Below, one piece after another: positions 61,788-64,000 of a stretch of DNA of 64,000 bases. A model generated the notes under the pieces. It had not been told where the DNA came from. It saw only the letters and a program-made list of their open reading frames with translations, and did no database searches. Every line of letters starts with the position of its first letter. The stretch's first letter is position 1. A program made the position numbers and the translations under genes. Location of the stretch: the NCBI GenBank assembly GCA_965217865.1, contig CBDCJO010000002.1, positions 4,320,001 to 4,384,000 of the forward strand. Direction: 5' to 3'. Source of the DNA: Candidatus Latescibacterota bacterium (GTDB taxonomy: Bacteria > Latescibacterota > UBA2968 > SICM01).

Positions 61788-62681
61788 TTATGTCATTTCT
61801 GCAATCAACTCATCGAACAATGGCTGGTCGATGCCAAGGGACTGGTCGACCAGCGGACCTTCCTTAAACACCGGCTCGCTGTCTTCGTAGATGGGTTGCT
61901 CATCCTTATAGAAGAGGCCCATCGGGATCCGGTCGCCCCACTCAAACGACCGCTCTAATCCGGCGGTGACATCGGATGGATCGTAGCCCGTTTCGTCCTC
62001 AAGCAGGTAAAGGCGCTCCTTAAACCAGGGGTATGTGTTTATTTTGTTAAAGGTGACGCACGGGCTGAACACATCAATCAGGGCAAAGCCGCGATGGGCG
62101 ATGCCTCCGGCAAAAAGCTGCGTTAAATGTTTCGGGTTTCCCGAAAAGGCACGTGCCACATAGGTGGCCCCGGACGAGATTCCAAGCGCGATGGGATTGA
62201 TGGGCAACTCAACATTTCCCCGTGGCGTGGTCAGGGTTCGCACGTCTTTCATCGTGGTCGGGGATGCCTGGCCGGTGGTCAGGCCGTAGATCTGGTTGTT
62301 CATCACGATATAGGTCAGGTCCAGGTTGCGGCGCATGGCGTGGATGAAATGGCACATTCCGATGCCATAACCATCGCCATCTCCTCCGGTGACGACAACG
62401 TGCAGATCGTGGTTTGCCAGCTTGGCCCCCGTGGCCACAGGCAGCGCACGCCCGTGGAGGCTGTGGACGCCGTATGAGTTGATAAACCCGGGCAAGTTTG
62501 ACGAACACCCGATTCCAGATACGACGAGCACCTGGTGAGGCCGTATATCCAATTCGACCAAAGCCATCTTCAGGGACTTTAGGACACCGAAGTCTCCGCA
62601 GCCCGCGCACCAATCCGGATCCACCAGGGCGTCGTAGGTGTGAAGCGTCAATTCCTCAAGTTTTTCGGCCACGACTGCCAT
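61788..62681 (-). CDS. korB: 2-oxoacid:ferredoxin oxidoreductase beta subunit
   Basis: WCAGCGD, SGIGCSS, LHGR, GGDGDG, NNQIYGLT.GQ.SPT, SPCVTFN. Confidence 0.93.
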   Translation of the reverse strand: MAVVAEKLEELTLHTYDALVDPDWCAGCGDFGVLKSLKMALVELDIRPHQVLVVSGIGCSSNLPGFINSYGVHSLHGRALPVATGAKLANHDLHVVVTGGDGDGYGIGMCHFIHAMRRNLDLTYIVMNNQIYGLTTGQASPTTMKDVRTLTTPRGNVELPINPIALGISSGATYVARAFSGNPKHLTQLFAGGIAHRGFALIDVFSPCVTFNKINTYPWFKERLYLLEDETGYDPSDVTAGLERSFEWGDRIPMGLFYKDEQPIYEDSEPVFKEGPLVDQSLGIDQPLFDELIAEMT

Positions 62682-62745
62682 CGAGAAAACTCCTTATGTG
62701 AAGGTCGCATTCAGATGTGAAAGGTCATAGGTATTTTTGTCCATA

Positions 62746-64000
62746 TCACTTCAAGTCCTCGTGCAGTTTCCAATCGTGGATTGAACCGGTCTCCCGACCG
62801 ATAAACAGATCCCCGACGGGGCCGCCATCTTTTTTGTCTGAGATCTTGACCTGCCACACGGGTTCGTTATATCCGTTGTCTGAGACCTCTTCGAAGCCCA
62901 CCGGCCGGCCTTTCTCTTTAAGATAGACCCGAATGTAGTGGTAGGCGATCTCGCGAGCCTCGTTCTGAGTAACCAGGCCGTTTTGTGGATGGCCTTCGAG
63001 GATGGCCTTCACCCGCTCCACGATATCTCCAGGTTCAAAGGGTTCTCCGTCATATCTCAAGATTAGATCGTCCACGGAAAATCCTGTTTCGGCCCGCAGG
63101 TGACGGGCAAACTGACCCGAGTAGTTTCCCTCCACCACAAAGGTTCGACGGCACACCTTCAAGATTTCAGAAACCTCCTGGCTGTGGAAGGGGAGGAGAT
63201 ACCTGGTGTGCAGGTGATTGGCGCTAATGCCGATTTCAGCCAACTTGTCGACCGCCTCGTGAATGACCCCCCACGTGGAACCCCATCCGATAAGGGTCAC
63301 ATCGGCATCGGCCGGACCCTCGAGCCGAGGTGGCGGCAATTGCGCCAGCACACCCTCCATCTTGCGCATCCGTTTTTCTTGCGACTTACGACGCAGGGAA
63401 GCGTTGGTGTGCTCGTCGCTGATCAACACGCCTCTCTCGTCGTGATCGTCGGTGGCTGCAACATAGGCAATCCCCTCGGTGCCTGGCAGAACGCGAGGAG
63501 AGACACCGGATGGCGTGAATGCATAGCGCTTGAAATCCCCGTTCTTTGCGAAATCTGGCACATCTCGCAACAGCTCGCCCCTTTCAATAGGGACATCAGG
63601 TGTCAGGGCGTCCGCTTCGATCGCCTCAACGTGCTGTCCCAGCATCAGGTCAGAGATCATGATCACGGGAAGCTGATACTGTTCGGCCAGATTGAAGGCC
63701 TCGGCCGTCATATAATAGCAGTCTTTGACATCGGAAGGGGCAACAATAACACGGGGATAATCACCCTGTGATGCCCCCAATGCTTGATTCAGATCGCCCT
63801 GCTCAGTCTTGGTCGGGAGTCCGGTGGAGGGCCCTCCCCGCTGCACATTGATGAAAACCGCGGGCGCTTCAATGATGCTGGCCATGCCGATCGCCTCGGT
63901 CATCAAGGCGAATCCTCCGCCCGAGGTGGCACACATGGCCCGTACCCCGGCGTGACCCGCACCGATGGTTATGTTGGCCACCGCGATCTCATCCTCCGCC
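62746..64000 (-). CDS. korA: 2-oxoacid:acceptor oxidoreductase alpha subunit (5' end outside window) with C-terminal extension
   Basis: AEDEIA, ATSGGGFALM.E, QRGGPSTGLPTKTEQGD, GWGST, EGNYSGQ, YDGEPF. Confidence 0.93.
   Translation of the reverse strand, partial: AEDEIAVANITIGAGHAGVRAMCATSGGGFALMTEAIGMASIIEAPAVFINVQRGGPSTGLPTKTEQGDLNQALGASQGDYPRVIVAPSDVKDCYYMTAEAFNLAEQYQLPVIMISDLMLGQHVEAIEADALTPDVPIERGELLRDVPDFAKNGDFKRYAFTPSGVSPRVLPGTEGIAYVAATDDHDERGVLISDEHTNASLRRKSQEKRMRKMEGVLAQLPPPRLEGPADADVTLIGWGSTWGVIHEAVDKLAEIGISANHLHTRYLLPFHSQEVSEILKVCRRTFVVEGNYSGQFARHLRAETGFSVDDLILRYDGEPFEPGDIVERVKAILEGHPQNGLVTQNEAREIAYHYIRVYLKEKGRPVGFEEVSDNGYNEPVWQVKISDKKDGGPVGDLFIGRETGSIHDWKLHEDLK

Overview
GC-rich bacterial chromosomal window. 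The C-terminal DFxGDGxVDFxDFFxFAxAFG dockerin/EF-hand repeats and the Gfo/Idh/MocA, PhyH and DapA-like genes suggest a Latescibacterota/FCB-type organism (inference). Most of it is housekeeping or metabolic: peptidoglycan recycling (mpl-ldcA-M48), nadC-birA-coaX, pyrC, valS, aceE-aceF-lpdA and a 2-oxoacid:ferredoxin oxidoreductase. Accessory parts are a frameshifted giant M30-type peptidase with a recent 330-bp domain duplication; a sigma54-driven ICMT-like/two-component module split by an IS1380 element; an RND pump; sigZ; a methyltransferase-[deleted betaine-type ABC]-asnB cluster; and several decayed genes. Intergenic DNA holds at least four families of REP/MITE-like palindromes and recurrent 7-bp-period tracts. 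No rRNA, tRNA or CRISPR array was seen. The best leads are an RNase II homologue lacking all active-site aspartates, the putative osmolyte operon, the sigma54 module, an HD protein with an in-frame amber inside the PDH operon, a sigma28-driven DUF5610-like gene and a PepSY-like tail on the OFOR alpha subunit. All family assignments come from motif recognition by eye; no searches were run.
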